NCBI GenBank assembly: GCA_047639575.1
Contig: JBLIOB010000001.1
Span: forward strand, 178-64,177
Reading direction: 5' to 3'
Origin: Parvicellaceae bacterium
Lineage (GTDB): Bacteria > Bacteroidota > Bacteroidia > Flavobacteriales_D > Parvicellaceae
Length of the DNA: 64,000 nt
The notes under the pieces were generated by a model. The model was not told where the DNA came from. It saw nothing but the letters and a program-made list of their open reading frames with translations, and made no database searches. Made by a program: the position numbers and the translations under genes. This document shows positions 47,203-57,671 of the stretch, in pieces. The stretch's first letter is position 1, and each line of letters begins with the position of its first letter.

Positions 47203-48447
47203 CTAAAAGTAATCAGCATATTCAGTCGCGGTCAACTCAGCATCTAACTTCAAATACTTCATAAAACTCTTTTCCGTTTTATGCCCACTAAACATCATTA
47301 TAGCCTGAGCAGGCATGCCAACAATAAACTTTAATGTACAAAACGTCCTTCTACAAGAATGCGTTGATATTTCTTGATATTTGGGCCTAAACTCTTCGAT
47401 CGTTTTACCAGAACTTCTCTTATAGATTGTAATCGAATCATCTATTTCCGCACGTTTACATAAATCACGAATTGTATGATTAAACAAGGTTAGTTTTCTA
47501 CTATCGAAAGTTGGCAATTCAGCTTTATATTTTTCAAGTATTAGTCTTACGCGAGTACTTATCGGAATTTCTTGCTTAGAGCCCGTCTTTTTACTTCTTA
47601 TTATTAATCTATCTCTCTCAAAATATTGGGGTTTAAGCCTTGAGAAATCACTAAATCTTAATCCTGTTTCACAGCCGATCATGAATAAATCCCTAACTAT
47701 AATCTCATTTTCGTTTTTTAACTCCAAAGATTCAAGACGTAATAATTCGTCAGACTTGAGATAGACCTTATCCACTTCCTCCATTAATGTTGGCAAATGT
47801 TTCAAACTGTACCTTGGGTGTATTTCCCGATCAAAGCACCAATTTAAAAAGACCTTCAAGTTCTTATGCTGTTTCCCCACCGTATTAACCGACAAACCAT
47901 GATCACCTTTTGAATTGACAGCTTCATAAATTAAATATTGGTCCCAAGCATCCACGAAACCTTCATGTTGCAACTTGATAGAACGAAAAGTTAAAGACTG
48001 CCCAAACTTCACTTCTCCAGCTTGAAGATGCTTTCTTAATGAATTGTGGTAATCACGCACATCACCGAGTTCTGTTCTTTTAAAAGACACGAAATCTTCG
48101 AAATGATCCCAGAACTCCTTCTTTACTTTTGGCTGGATAGGATTGGCTTTAAGATTTAAAAACTCTTGCCTCAATATTTCAGCCTTTGGTATCCACCCTT
48201 CTGATTTATACCCATTATACAAGTCTATCATAAGACGAGACAACTTCTCTAATTGCAGATTAATTTGACCGTTATCTGGCAATTCCAACAACTCTTTTGC
48301 ACGTTGCTTTCGATCATTCCAATATTTAGGCTCAATCTTATAACCCGTAGACAGTTTTATACGTTGTCCATTAAAATTGAAGATGAGATTAATCAGCGAT
48401 TTGTTCTTCGCATTTTTGTTTTTAAGATTAAAATTCACTTCTGCCAT
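47203..48447 (-). CDS. int: Tyrosine recombinase/integrase (Bacteroidota type with N-terminal arm-binding domain)
   Basis: 414 aa. Catalytic pattern GLRFSD (Arg), HSCRRTF (His-x-x-Arg), and GHKTEKSFMKYL (His ... Tyr). Lies 177 nt from attR. Confidence 0.9.
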   Translation of the reverse strand: MAEVNFNLKNKNAKNKSLINLIFNFNGQRIKLSTGYKIEPKYWNDRKQRAKELLELPDNGQINLQLEKLSRLMIDLYNGYKSEGWIPKAEILRQEFLNLKANPIQPKVKKEFWDHFEDFVSFKRTELGDVRDYHNSLRKHLQAGEVKFGQSLTFRSIKLQHEGFVDAWDQYLIYEAVNSKGDHGLSVNTVGKQHKNLKVFLNWCFDREIHPRYSLKHLPTLMEEVDKVYLKSDELLRLESLELKNENEIIVRDLFMIGCETGLRFSDFSRLKPQYFERDRLIIRSKKTGSKQEIPISTRVRLILEKYKAELPTFDSRKLTLFNHTIRDLCKRAEIDDSITIYKRSSGKTIEEFRPKYQEISTHSCRRTFCTLKFIVGMPAQAIMMFSGHKTEKSFMKYLKLDAELTATEYADYF

Positions 48448-48476
48448 ATTGATCGTTTGTTCAAATATACGAAAAG

Positions 48477-48500
48477 GGGATCAGATTAGGGATCAGATTA
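48477..48500 (+). repeat. Tandem 12-mer GGGATCAGATTA x2 (candidate arm-type recombinase site, attR arm)
   Basis: Perfect tandem copy 30 nt upstream of the integrase start codon and 125 nt inside attR. Matches 31034..31057. Confidence 0.5.
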
Positions 48501-48624
48501 TCTATATTTATCATTATATCAATTTTTCTTTCGCAACCCAAAAAACATCTTAAAGCGCAACTACTAAAGGCTTTTAAAGAAACAATAGACAACATTTAAC
48601 AAAGTTAGAAAACATGGTTTTGCG

Positions 48625-48722
48625 GTCCCGTCCAGACCGCCAGTTCGCAAGAACAAAAAGTAAGTCTATATGGCTGTAGACCTAGAGAAGCCCGAGGAGT
48701 ATCAAAATCCTTGGGCTTTTTG
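48625..48722. repeat. attR: 98-bp direct repeat containing a displaced tRNA-Asp 3' fragment
   Basis: GTCCCGTCCAGACCGCCA plus trailer and terminator, 95/98 identical to 30925..31022. No 5' tRNA half is present here. Confidence 0.9.
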
Positions 48723-48838
48723 CTGCTTAGAACTTTTTTGCAAACAATTTGCAAGCAGAATTGAAAAGAACTGATACCAGAAGATGTATTCAAAACATCC
48801 TTCAAAAATGAAAAAGGCTTTAAAATTAATTAGTCGAA

Positions 48839-49480
48839 TTACTCGGTTACATCTACTTCCGTTTCAATCACATCACCATTGGCTACCATGATTCCGTCAG
48901 CGATAAAAGAAATTGTTTCCAAAGGTTCTGTAATTGCATCAATATCAGCCTGAGTTACTTCACCACCTTCTTTCATTGCATCTTCCAGGTAATGTTTCTG
49001 CATTTCAACTGTTTCGACTTCTTTAATACCAACACCATGGAAAACTACATGCTTTCCATGACTTGATTCAATTGGAAGCGTAAAATGGTCCTTAAACTTA
49101 ACTCTTACCATTTCTCCATTGTCGTTTCCAACCTTGATCCAACAACCGGCCATTTGACACACCTCATGGGCAGTGCTAGCTATTACCATTTCCGTTTCAG
49201 TAGTTTCATTTACTGCTGCTAATAGATCATCTACTGTACTAATATCAGTCACCGGAAAATCTCTATTCATTCCATAAACCATATAGTCTTGTTCATTATA
49301 AACGGCTTTTGTTGGAGCTTCCGTTTCTACATCATGATCGTGATCTTCCATTAACCCTGCTTCTACAGAATCAACATCCGTATTATTTCCAGTTATATCT
49401 ACAACTTCAGTAGATCCGCAAGCAGTAATTAATCCGGCACCGATTAGAAATGCTGGAATATATATGATTAACCTTTTCAT
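48839..49480 (-). CDS. DUF4920-like lipoprotein
   Basis: Lipobox LITACGS after the internal start MKRLIIY. QMAGCWIKV motif. Confidence 0.45.
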   Translation of the reverse strand: MKRLIIYIPAFLIGAGLITACGSTEVVDITGNNTDVDSVEAGLMEDHDHDVETEAPTKAVYNEQDYMVYGMNRDFPVTDISTVDDLLAAVNETTETEMVIASTAHEVCQMAGCWIKVGNDNGEMVRVKFKDHFTLPIESSHGKHVVFHGVGIKEVETVEMQKHYLEDAMKEGGEVTQADIDAITEPLETISFIADGIMVANGDVIETEVDVTE

Positions 49481-49561
49481 CTTTAAGCTTTTATAAGTAA
49501 GCCGCAAAGATAAGCTATAATGCTAATTAAAATTAACTGTGAAAATTAGAATAAATATGTA

Positions 49562-51691
49562 CTAGAGCGAAATGATCTTGAAATCAGTTCGTCTGTTCCT
49601 AGCTCTATTCATATCGGAATCATTTGGGTATTTAGGTTTACCCTCACCATACCCTTTGAATTTTAAACGGGACGACTTTACCCCCTTTAGAGATAAGTAT
49701 TCTAAAACGGTAAACGCACGATCTTGAGAAAGCGCCAAATTTCTTGCGTCATTTCCAACATCATCTGTATGCCCTTGAATCTCAACTTTAATTTTAGGAT
49801 TGTCAATTAAATATTGTGCGAAGCCGTCCAAAATGATTTCCGAATCCGGCTCTACATCCGCAGAACTGGTTGTATACAGGATGTCATCAATAGTATAAGA
49901 CTTCCCCACTACCAATTCCGAAACTTCTAATTTTTCTGGATCCTTAACGACTAAAGGAATTTTCTTAGCAATAAAATCCTTCGCCTTGAAAACTTTAGAA
50001 TCAAACGAATGACCATCTTTTTTTACAGATAGCAAAACGTCTTTAGGTGCATCATGTTTACCCATGTTAACGATGGCCACTATTTGTCCTTTGTCGTTTA
50101 TTTTAGATGGCGCTTTTACCGTTGTTGTTTTCCCATCATCATCTTTAAAAGTCAATTCCACCTCAACATCTGTGACAGGTATTCCTTTGTCATCATTAAT
50201 TTCACCTTTATATAGCACAACCGCATCCGGTCTCACATTATGTGGTAATATGAAAGAATAAATATCTCTTAAACCAACTCCCCCACTCTTATTAGAAGAA
50301 ATAAAAGCATGCTCCCCGTCAATACTAACGATTAACCCTTCTTCATCTCCTTCTGAATTGATTGGAAAACCTAAGTTTTTTGGCTTTGACCATTTTTTAG
50401 TTTTCGGATCTTGCTGCGAGTAAAACACATCATATCCACCTGCTCCTAGCCGTTTCTTATTGGTGTGGGCCACATAGTATAGCGTTCTGCTATCAGAATG
50501 CATAAACGGAGCTTTCTCATGGTCTCCTGAATTAATCGTAGGCCCCATATTTTTAGCTATTCCCCAAGTTCCGTCTTCCTGCCGCTCTGAATAAAACAAA
50601 TCCATCGTTATTTGACCTTGAGCGTTCTTGTAACAATCTGGTCTGGCGGAAGCAAAGTATAACGTATTTCCGTCTGCGCTGATAGACGGCTGGGCTTCCC
50701 AAGTTCCAGGATCCGTAGAGTTTACATTCGGACCTAAATTCTCCATATCCGTCCACTCGTATACGTTTCTTTTCTTCTTTTCATCGTAATGTTCTTCATA
50801 GTTAGTAACGTAAATATCACATAGTGATTGGCCTGAATTTGGATCGGTTTTACAAGCACATACATACATTTCATGATTATCTATTGAAAAAGATACTCCT
50901 CCTAACTTATCAAATTCTCCATGATTAAATGGCTGAGGCATCATTCTACCCTTATCCCAAGGATCCTTATAACTTCCTCTATTCGAAATAGTTAAGTCCT
51001 CTAGTGTCTGCGTCAGCATATCTCCTTTGCCTTTATATTCATACCTACGTGTATACATCAGTATTTCATTATCCGGTGAGATCATGGGCAAGAATTCATC
51101 TTTTTGAGAAGAAACATTTTGAACCAATTTTGGATCAAACTTCACTGGTTTGCTATAAAAATCTAGAAAAAAATCGATTTCTGGAAGTACTGCTTTTACA
51201 TCGTCTACTTGCTCAGAATATCGTCTGCCTAATTTGTCTTCATCGTCTGTAGGAAATTTCAAATATTGATTGAAATACTTTCTGGCCATTTCATCGTTAG
51301 TCTTATTATAATAGATGATTCCAAGATTATAATACATATCAGCATGATATTCAGGACAAACCCCAATAAGCTGCTCATAATACTTAATGGAATGCTCAAA
51401 GTACTCGCCTCCTTCAGATTTTGCTTTGATAAAGTTCTTCTTGGCTAATTCCCATAAACAAACGCCACATTCTTCGTCAATTTCTAGCGCATCCTTTAAC
51501 GCTTGATACCTCTTTTGATAAGGAATTCCCTTGTCATGGGATGACTTAAGAAGCTTAGCTATTTTCTTATTGGTCGGTACTTTCAAACATGCTTCTTCAA
51601 TTTCTTCCTCCTCGTTCTCTTGCGAAAACATTACTAAAGGCTGTGCGATGAAAATCGCAAGGGCAAATAAAATTTTAAATCTCATCATCAA
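49562..51691 (-). CDS. OmpA-family protein with TPR and TolB-like (PD40) beta-propeller repeats
   Basis: 709 aa. Signal peptide. C-terminal OmpA_C motif (IQGHTDDVGNDARNLALSQDRA...NRRTDF). Confidence 0.8.
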   Translation of the reverse strand: MMMRFKILFALAIFIAQPLVMFSQENEEEEIEEACLKVPTNKKIAKLLKSSHDKGIPYQKRYQALKDALEIDEECGVCLWELAKKNFIKAKSEGGEYFEHSIKYYEQLIGVCPEYHADMYYNLGIIYYNKTNDEMARKYFNQYLKFPTDDEDKLGRRYSEQVDDVKAVLPEIDFFLDFYSKPVKFDPKLVQNVSSQKDEFLPMISPDNEILMYTRRYEYKGKGDMLTQTLEDLTISNRGSYKDPWDKGRMMPQPFNHGEFDKLGGVSFSIDNHEMYVCACKTDPNSGQSLCDIYVTNYEEHYDEKKKRNVYEWTDMENLGPNVNSTDPGTWEAQPSISADGNTLYFASARPDCYKNAQGQITMDLFYSERQEDGTWGIAKNMGPTINSGDHEKAPFMHSDSRTLYYVAHTNKKRLGAGGYDVFYSQQDPKTKKWSKPKNLGFPINSEGDEEGLIVSIDGEHAFISSNKSGGVGLRDIYSFILPHNVRPDAVVLYKGEINDDKGIPVTDVEVELTFKDDDGKTTTVKAPSKINDKGQIVAIVNMGKHDAPKDVLLSVKKDGHSFDSKVFKAKDFIAKKIPLVVKDPEKLEVSELVVGKSYTIDDILYTTSSADVEPDSEIILDGFAQYLIDNPKIKVEIQGHTDDVGNDARNLALSQDRAFTVLEYLSLKGVKSSRLKFKGYGEGKPKYPNDSDMNRARNRRTDFKIISL

Positions 51692-51794
51692 TTCAATCTA
51701 ACTACTAGCGTGGCGTCACTATTTACATCAGAACTATTACAAAAATGCGTCCAAACGCATTTGAATAACTTAAAATCTTCGGATTTGTTACAGA

Positions 51795-53525
51795 TTAATC
51801 CAAATCCTCAAGGGGTGGGACCTCCAATTCTCCCTCGCTTTTAGCAATAATTGTAGCTACCGTAGCATCTCCAGTTACATTAACTACTGTTCTGCACATA
51901 TCTAAGATTCTATCAATCGGTAAAATAATAGCGATCCAAGCAGGATTCAATCCTATCGATTCTAGCACAATCATTAACATAACTATTCCAGCACTAGGAA
52001 CGGCCGCAGAGCCAATTGACGCTAATGTTGCCATTCCCATAATGGTAACTTGGTGTCCGATGCTCAAATCAATACCGTGCATTTGTGCTAAAAAGATAGC
52101 AGCAACTGCTTGATACAAACTAGTCCCATCCATATTAACGGTGGCTCCAATAGGTAAAACAAAGCTGGATATTTTCTTCTTTACTCCAATTCGATCTTCA
52201 ACACATTCTATAGTTACTGGTAATGTGGCAGCACTGGAGCTAGTTGAAAATGCCATGAACTGAGCCGGACTGATTCTTTTGAAAAATCCAGTATAGGTTA
52301 TTTTTTTCTTCGCTACAATTAGCATGGTCACGGGATAAATAACAAATACCATCAATATCAAACCTCCAAGAACCGTCAGTGTATACTTTCCAAGTAAAAT
52401 GAAGATTCCTCCCATTTCCTGGGGGGAACTGGCCATTTTGGTCATCAACCCTGCCATTAAACAGAAAACGAAAAATGGAGCATATTTCATAATAATGTCA
52501 ACCATTTTTACGAAAATATCGTTGGCACCTTGCACAAAGGAATCGACACCTTTCATCCGTTCTTTTGGCAACATTCCCATCACTATTCCAAAGAAGATTG
52601 CAAAGAAGATAACTTGCAGCATGGCCGCTTCGCCAAGCGATACAAAAATGTTTTCAGGAACTACTTCCACTAGCGCATTTAATGGCCCTTTACCTGTGCT
52701 TTTCTTTTTCTTCTCGGCAAATTTTGCAACGCTTTCTTTAACATCTTGCGGTACATTTTGTCTTTCTGACCTAACTTGCGCCACAAGTGCTTGCACGGAT
52801 TCGTCTTCTACTAATCGCTGATCTCCTAAAATTTCTTTATTATTTTCTCCTGCCCACAATTCATAATCAATTCGATATTTGTTCATGGCATGCTTGTCTA
52901 ATCCCTTTCCAGGGGCAAAAGTATTAACCAAAAGCAACCCTATCGTAACCGCGAAAACCGTTGTAATTAAGTACATCCCTAGGGTTTTACCTCCTAGTTT
53001 TCCAAGTTTAGACATATCTGCCAAGCTAGACACACCAACAATTATTGAAAACAGTACTAATGGTATCGCTATAAACTTTAACAGCCGGATAAAAATGGTT
53101 CCCCATGGACTAATCCAATCTGCCGTGATATTAGTCATCGAATTAAGTCCAGACCCTTTATAGGAAAATTGAAATTCCGTAACATTCTTGTCTAGACCAA
53201 GTCTACAGACTAAAAAAGCTCCTTTAGAATGATCTAAAGGGTCGATCCAATCCCTTTTCATAATTGGCACAATTTTACCTTCTTGATCATAGAGCATAAT
53301 GCTTGATGTTTTTGCTTGATCGAAGTCGGCAATTTGAATCATATGATCTTTGAGCAGCGTAATGGTAGAATCTTCAATTTCCATTGGAGTTACTGTCACA
53401 TTAGCCACATCGCCCTCAACCATACCGCCAAAGAAACCTCCGGCTACCATGCTCCAAACAATACCAAGTATTAATGCAATAATGATCTTCCAATGAAGTG
53501 CTATTTTCTTTTTACCCTTACTCAT
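51795..53525 (-). CDS. Dicarboxylate/amino acid:cation symporter (DAACS family) with extra domains
   Basis: 576 aa. [23 protein letters not shown] and NVTGDA motifs. An insert of about 100 aa follows TM1, and there is a charged insert mid-protein. Confidence 0.8.
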   Translation of the reverse strand: MSKGKKKIALHWKIIIALILGIVWSMVAGGFFGGMVEGDVANVTVTPMEIEDSTITLLKDHMIQIADFDQAKTSSIMLYDQEGKIVPIMKRDWIDPLDHSKGAFLVCRLGLDKNVTEFQFSYKGSGLNSMTNITADWISPWGTIFIRLLKFIAIPLVLFSIIVGVSSLADMSKLGKLGGKTLGMYLITTVFAVTIGLLLVNTFAPGKGLDKHAMNKYRIDYELWAGENNKEILGDQRLVEDESVQALVAQVRSERQNVPQDVKESVAKFAEKKKKSTGKGPLNALVEVVPENIFVSLGEAAMLQVIFFAIFFGIVMGMLPKERMKGVDSFVQGANDIFVKMVDIIMKYAPFFVFCLMAGLMTKMASSPQEMGGIFILLGKYTLTVLGGLILMVFVIYPVTMLIVAKKKITYTGFFKRISPAQFMAFSTSSSAATLPVTIECVEDRIGVKKKISSFVLPIGATVNMDGTSLYQAVAAIFLAQMHGIDLSIGHQVTIMGMATLASIGSAAVPSAGIVMLMIVLESIGLNPAWIAIILPIDRILDMCRTVVNVTGDATVATIIAKSEGELEVPPLEDLD

Positions 53526-54601
53526 AATTTTATCGTTCTACTTCTTAAAAGATGATCAACTAATACGATTGCAGACATGGCTTCTACTATTGGTACTGCT
53601 CTTGGCACAACACATGGGTCGTGTCTTCCTTTGCCAGTTACCGTAACTTCATTCCCGGCAATGTCTACAGAAGACTGGTCTTGCATAATTGTTGCAACAG
53701 GCTTAAATGCCACATTGAAATAAATGTCTTCACCATTACTAATTCCTCCCTGAATACCTCCAGATCTATTAGATGTGGTTGATACTTTCTCGGATTCAGC
53801 TTGAAACAGGTCATTGTGAGCTGATCCTTTCATTTTGGTTCCTTCGAAGCCTGAACCATATTCAAAGCCTTTAACTGCATTAATACTCAGCATCGCTTTG
53901 CCCAGGTCTGCATGCAACTTGTCAAAAACAGGAGCTCCAAGTCCAACTGGTGATCCTTTAATTACGCAAGACACAACTCCACCCACCGTATCGCCAGCTT
54001 TTCGAATCTCTTTAATGAAATTAATCATCTCCTCTGCAAATTCAGAGTCAGGGGTACGAAGTATATTATTTTCGCTGTTGGATAGGTCATACGCAGTATA
54101 ATCTGACGGCAACTTATGTGGTCCAACTGCTGAAACAAAAGCTTGAACGCTCATGTTATAATGTGCTAAAATCTGCTTACCTACGGCTCCGGCTACAACC
54201 CTGCAAACAGTTTCTCTTGCTGAAGACCGACCACCTCCGCGATAATCTCTTACCCCGTATTTCTCTTGGTAGGTGAAATCAGCATGTGAAGGTCTAAATT
54301 GATCTTTTATATGGGCGTAGTCTTTTGATTTCTGGTTTTCGTTTCGAATAATAAAACCAATCGGTGTTCCAGTGGTTGTTCCTTCAAATATTCCGGATAA
54401 AAACTCTACAGAATCCCCTTCTTTTCGTTGGGTAACGATTTCACTTTGACCGGGCTTTCTTCTATCTAGTTCATTCTGGACAAATGCTAAATCTATTTTC
54501 AAACCTGCCGGACATCCATCAATAACTCCACCTAGTGCAGCACCGTGTGATTCACCAAATGATGTTAACCTAAATATTTCTCCAAATGAATTTCCAGCCA
54601 T
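53522..54601 (-). CDS. aroC: Chorismate synthase
   Basis: 359 aa. [16 protein letters not shown] and [13 protein letters not shown] motifs. Confidence 0.95.
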   Translation of the reverse strand: MAGNSFGEIFRLTSFGESHGAALGGVIDGCPAGLKIDLAFVQNELDRRKPGQSEIVTQRKEGDSVEFLSGIFEGTTTGTPIGFIIRNENQKSKDYAHIKDQFRPSHADFTYQEKYGVRDYRGGGRSSARETVCRVVAGAVGKQILAHYNMSVQAFVSAVGPHKLPSDYTAYDLSNSENNILRTPDSEFAEEMINFIKEIRKAGDTVGGVVSCVIKGSPVGLGAPVFDKLHADLGKAMLSINAVKGFEYGSGFEGTKMKGSAHNDLFQAESEKVSTTSNRSGGIQGGISNGEDIYFNVAFKPVATIMQDQSSVDIAGNEVTVTGKGRHDPCVVPRAVPIVEAMSAIVLVDHLLRSRTIKL

Positions 54602-54688
54602 AGATAGGATAAAAATAGCACCTAGTTTTCAGCTAAACTAACATTGCTACATTTTTAATAAAACAGATAAAGTCTGTACCTTCGGTTC

Positions 54689-55285
54689 ATGGATGACGAA
54701 TCACTTAGCAATTCTTTTATTGATACAGATATCTGTGTGGAATTCCACTGCGACAGCACAGGACAACCGTTTCAATTTTGTATCGAGTGCGAAAGCGAAT
54801 TAATTGAATCCAATAAGCATTATTTCATCGAGAAAGCGGTACGTAAATATCCTGACTCAGATAAAACATTAACGATCTTCGAGTTCGCTATTTGCCAGGA
54901 ATGTATATATACCAGACAACAGGAGTTAAGTGAAGATTCAGAAGAAGCTTTGGCAAATTTCTATGCTGGAAAGACTATCACCAAACCACCGTTTCTACAT
55001 AAGGGGTTTGAAAGTTTGTACATCAGTAGCTCGTTAGAAACCTGCGCGTTTTCTGGGAAACCGTTAGAAGACAGTCAGGAATACCAAATCGTTGGTGAGT
55101 TTAATGGAAAGCAAATGAGACTCAGCAACTTTCCATTTGCAATTTCAGGAGAGCAAATTGAGGCGATTTCCGAGATTTTATCTGAAGAAACTAAAGGCGG
55201 CTTTGACGACTTTATTGGCAAACACTTTAGCGGACCTCCTGAATTCCAAGAACTTTGGGAAAAACCAAAAGTGATTCTTGTTTGA
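54689..55285 (+). CDS. Hypothetical Cys-rich protein
   Basis: 198 aa. CVEFHC...FCIEC and CQEC pairs suggest a zinc ribbon. Confidence 0.4.
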   Translation: MDDESLSNSFIDTDICVEFHCDSTGQPFQFCIECESELIESNKHYFIEKAVRKYPDSDKTLTIFEFAICQECIYTRQQELSEDSEEALANFYAGKTITKPPFLHKGFESLYISSSLETCAFSGKPLEDSQEYQIVGEFNGKQMRLSNFPFAISGEQIEAISEILSEETKGGFDDFIGKHFSGPPEFQELWEKPKVILV

Positions 55286-55384
55286 TAAACATACAGGATT
55301 TTCTTTGATTTCACTTGTCAAATAGTACCTTCGTGATTCATTACCCTCCGCAAAAAGTAAAGAACATAATTATAGAACATTAGT

Positions 55385-56023
55385 ATGGACTATCCAGCTC
55401 CGTGGAAACTTAATGGCGAAGGAATTATTCTGACCTATAGCTTTAATAAAAATTGGATTTTAGAGAACGGATTCGTTCCCGCTCATTTGCATTATAAATT
55501 CAAAGGCGGATTATCTTTTGTGATGATCGTTGATTATAAGGAATCAGATTGTGGACCTTATCAAGAGCTGGTATTTATTCCAGGGCTTTTCAATATTGAA
55601 GGGAAGTATCAGTTAATGATTACCAAAACCTACGTGAATTCTGAAGAGAGTAAAGTTGCTGGCAGATCCAATTGGGGGATTCCAAAAGAATTAGCAGAAC
55701 TTAATTGGAAGAAAGACGGTTCTACAGTTCTGTTTAACGCAAAGATCAACGATAACAAGTTTTTCGAGACACAAATTCAGTCCAATTCCATCGCGTTTCC
55801 AGTAAATAACACACTGATTCCTTTTAAGTTTTATCAAGAATTGGAAGAAAACTCATTTTTATTTCAACCAAAAGGCAGAGGAAGAGCTACTTCTGCTAAA
55901 GTTAAAGGAACGAGAAGCGTTCAAACGAAGTTTCCTGATTTATCTAATGGAAAATATATCAACTGCCTTCATATTAAGAACTTCAATTTGTCTCTTCCTA
56001 AATCAGAAATAAAAGGGATTTAA
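55385..56023 (+). CDS. Acetoacetate decarboxylase-like family protein
   Basis: 212 aa. N-terminal YPAPWKLNGEGIIL is typical of the ADC-like beta-cone family. Confidence 0.4.
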   Translation: MDYPAPWKLNGEGIILTYSFNKNWILENGFVPAHLHYKFKGGLSFVMIVDYKESDCGPYQELVFIPGLFNIEGKYQLMITKTYVNSEESKVAGRSNWGIPKELAELNWKKDGSTVLFNAKINDNKFFETQIQSNSIAFPVNNTLIPFKFYQELEENSFLFQPKGRGRATSAKVKGTRSVQTKFPDLSNGKYINCLHIKNFNLSLPKSEIKGI

Positions 56024-56953
56024 CCGAACGCCATTTTTTGAAAACTCTAAAGCTGGCGCAGGAATTTTTATAAAACCGAAAGTCCCGAAGAAAGCTTTCA
56101 AGAAACCACTTTTTAGTTTCTTTTGGTACTTACCAGATCCTATTTTAGTTAAATCTGCATCAAGGCTCAAGTACCACTGACGATGTCTATCTAATCCTTT
56201 ACACCAGGCATTTCCATTACAATATAAATCCGGGTTTTTAGTTCCGCTTATCATTTGAGTCGCCCCATACCCGATCGCTACATTTAACCAACCTGGAAAC
56301 CTCTGGTTTTCTTTGAACGCGAATGACTTCAAGTTAAAAGAAAGCCAATAAGTTTGGCCGTTATAATCTTTTAATAATCGCTCACCAACTGTACTTCCTA
56401 AAGCGTTAGGTCTAAAGCCAGCGTAATCAGTTAAGTGAGCTGAAAATTTCATTTTTATTCGCTGATCATCCCACAGTAATTCTTGCGCTACTACAAGGCC
56501 AGTGCCCGCTACATTGGCAACCATGTCTCCAATACTGAAACCCCATCCAGTTGAAAATGCATCTAATGTTTCTAAGCCTGTTTGATAAAGCAAACCCAAA
56601 CCAGCGCCATACCAGATCGCTCTTTTTCTCTTAGCTCCAGTCCACTGTAAGGCTTTTACTCCAGCGTATCCTATATAGTACGCAGTTAACGTATGGCCCA
56701 CTTTGTCCATTTGTAGCCATTCCGCATTATCATTAAATAAATGAAATGATGATCTTGGATATTGGGAGTACCAAACTTGATTTAATGCGAGAAGTGATCC
56801 AGCTGTTCCAATAGTTTCAATTGCCACCACTCCGGCCAGTCTCTTTTTATTTATCGTATCTGGAAAATCAAAAAAAGACTGGGAACTACCTCCAACAGAG
56901 ATTAATAATGCGATTATAACAAGTACCAACTTCACAAAGTAAAGGTAGAGCAA
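56003..56953 (-). CDS. DUF2279-like outer-membrane/lipoprotein
   Basis: 316 aa. Signal sequence and DKVGHTLTAYY motif. Confidence 0.45.
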   Translation of the reverse strand: MLYLYFVKLVLVIIALLISVGGSSQSFFDFPDTINKKRLAGVVAIETIGTAGSLLALNQVWYSQYPRSSFHLFNDNAEWLQMDKVGHTLTAYYIGYAGVKALQWTGAKRKRAIWYGAGLGLLYQTGLETLDAFSTGWGFSIGDMVANVAGTGLVVAQELLWDDQRIKMKFSAHLTDYAGFRPNALGSTVGERLLKDYNGQTYWLSFNLKSFAFKENQRFPGWLNVAIGYGATQMISGTKNPDLYCNGNAWCKGLDRHRQWYLSLDADLTKIGSGKYQKKLKSGFLKAFFGTFGFIKIPAPALEFSKNGVRLNPFYF

Positions 56954-56990
56954 TTCTCAGTACTATTTTTTTTACTTACTTTTCGTTTTC

Positions 56991-57671
56991 ATGAGCCCTA
57001 ATCAACTTCGTTATGCCTTCACTTTTACAGGTGTTAGTATTGCAATATATTTATTGCTGACAACAATAATGATGTTCTTATACTACGGTGGCGATCGATT
57101 TAATCCAACATTAGAAGGTTACAATTTTTTCGGTTCCTTTTTTAGTGATCTCGGAAGGACACACGGCTTTACTGGTAAATCAACCATTTGGACCTCAATT
57201 CCCTACATGTTTTCAATGGTTTTAATGGGAAGTGGTGTGGTCGTGTTTTTCAGAGTTCATAAAAACCTAGTGCCAGCTGGTAATAAATTGGTTGTTAAAA
57301 TAACCACCATTTTAGGTACTATTTCTGGGTTAGGCTATATGGCCATTGCACTTACTCCATGGAACTTAGTGCCTAAAGCCCACATTTATAGTGTTTTCTC
57401 GTGCTTTACCGCTTTTATGATTTGTAGCTTTTTACTTTTTATTAGCATCAAACAACAGCCGAATTATCCAAAAATATTTGGAATTATTTTCCTTGCTTTT
57501 GGATTTTTTCTTGCGGCTTATATCTTTTTCCTAATTTTAGGTCCTAGTACAGAATTTGAATCTGGAAGAATTGTTCAAGGATCTGGACAAAAACTGCTGA
57601 TTTATACGCAATCGATTTTGATGATAATCTGTTGCTATGGAGCTTACAAACACTCTGCCCGTTATGCGTAA
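56991..57671 (+). CDS. Integral membrane protein
   Basis: 226 aa with about 6 TM helices. Confidence 0.5.
   Translation: MSPNQLRYAFTFTGVSIAIYLLLTTIMMFLYYGGDRFNPTLEGYNFFGSFFSDLGRTHGFTGKSTIWTSIPYMFSMVLMGSGVVVFFRVHKNLVPAGNKLVVKITTILGTISGLGYMAIALTPWNLVPKAHIYSVFSCFTAFMICSFLLFISIKQQPNYPKIFGIIFLAFGFFLAAYIFFLILGPSTEFESGRIVQGSGQKLLIYTQSILMIICCYGAYKHSARYA

Larger units (their letters stand above)
30925..48722. mobile_element. 17.7-kb integrative genomic island at tRNA-Asp (integrase, excisionase, DUF3987 module, defence-like and T9SS cargo)
   Basis: Bounded by the 98-bp direct repeats. A tyrosine integrase lies at 47203..48447 and an HTH excisionase-like gene plus a DUF3987 gene lie inside. No capsid, terminase or conjugation genes were recognised. 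Confidence 0.85.

Noticed and set aside
30925-48722. Interpreting the island as a prophage or as an ICE.
   Set aside because: No terminase, portal, capsid, tail or lysis genes were recognised, and no relaxase, coupling protein or T4SS genes either. The content fits a small integrative, satellite-like island instead.
48605-48805. 66-aa minus-strand ORF over the attR repeat, and the 78-aa plus-strand ORF at 48253-48489.
   Set aside because: The first is translated across the displaced tRNA 3' fragment and terminator hairpin. The second is antisense to the integrase 5' end. Neither is credible as a gene.
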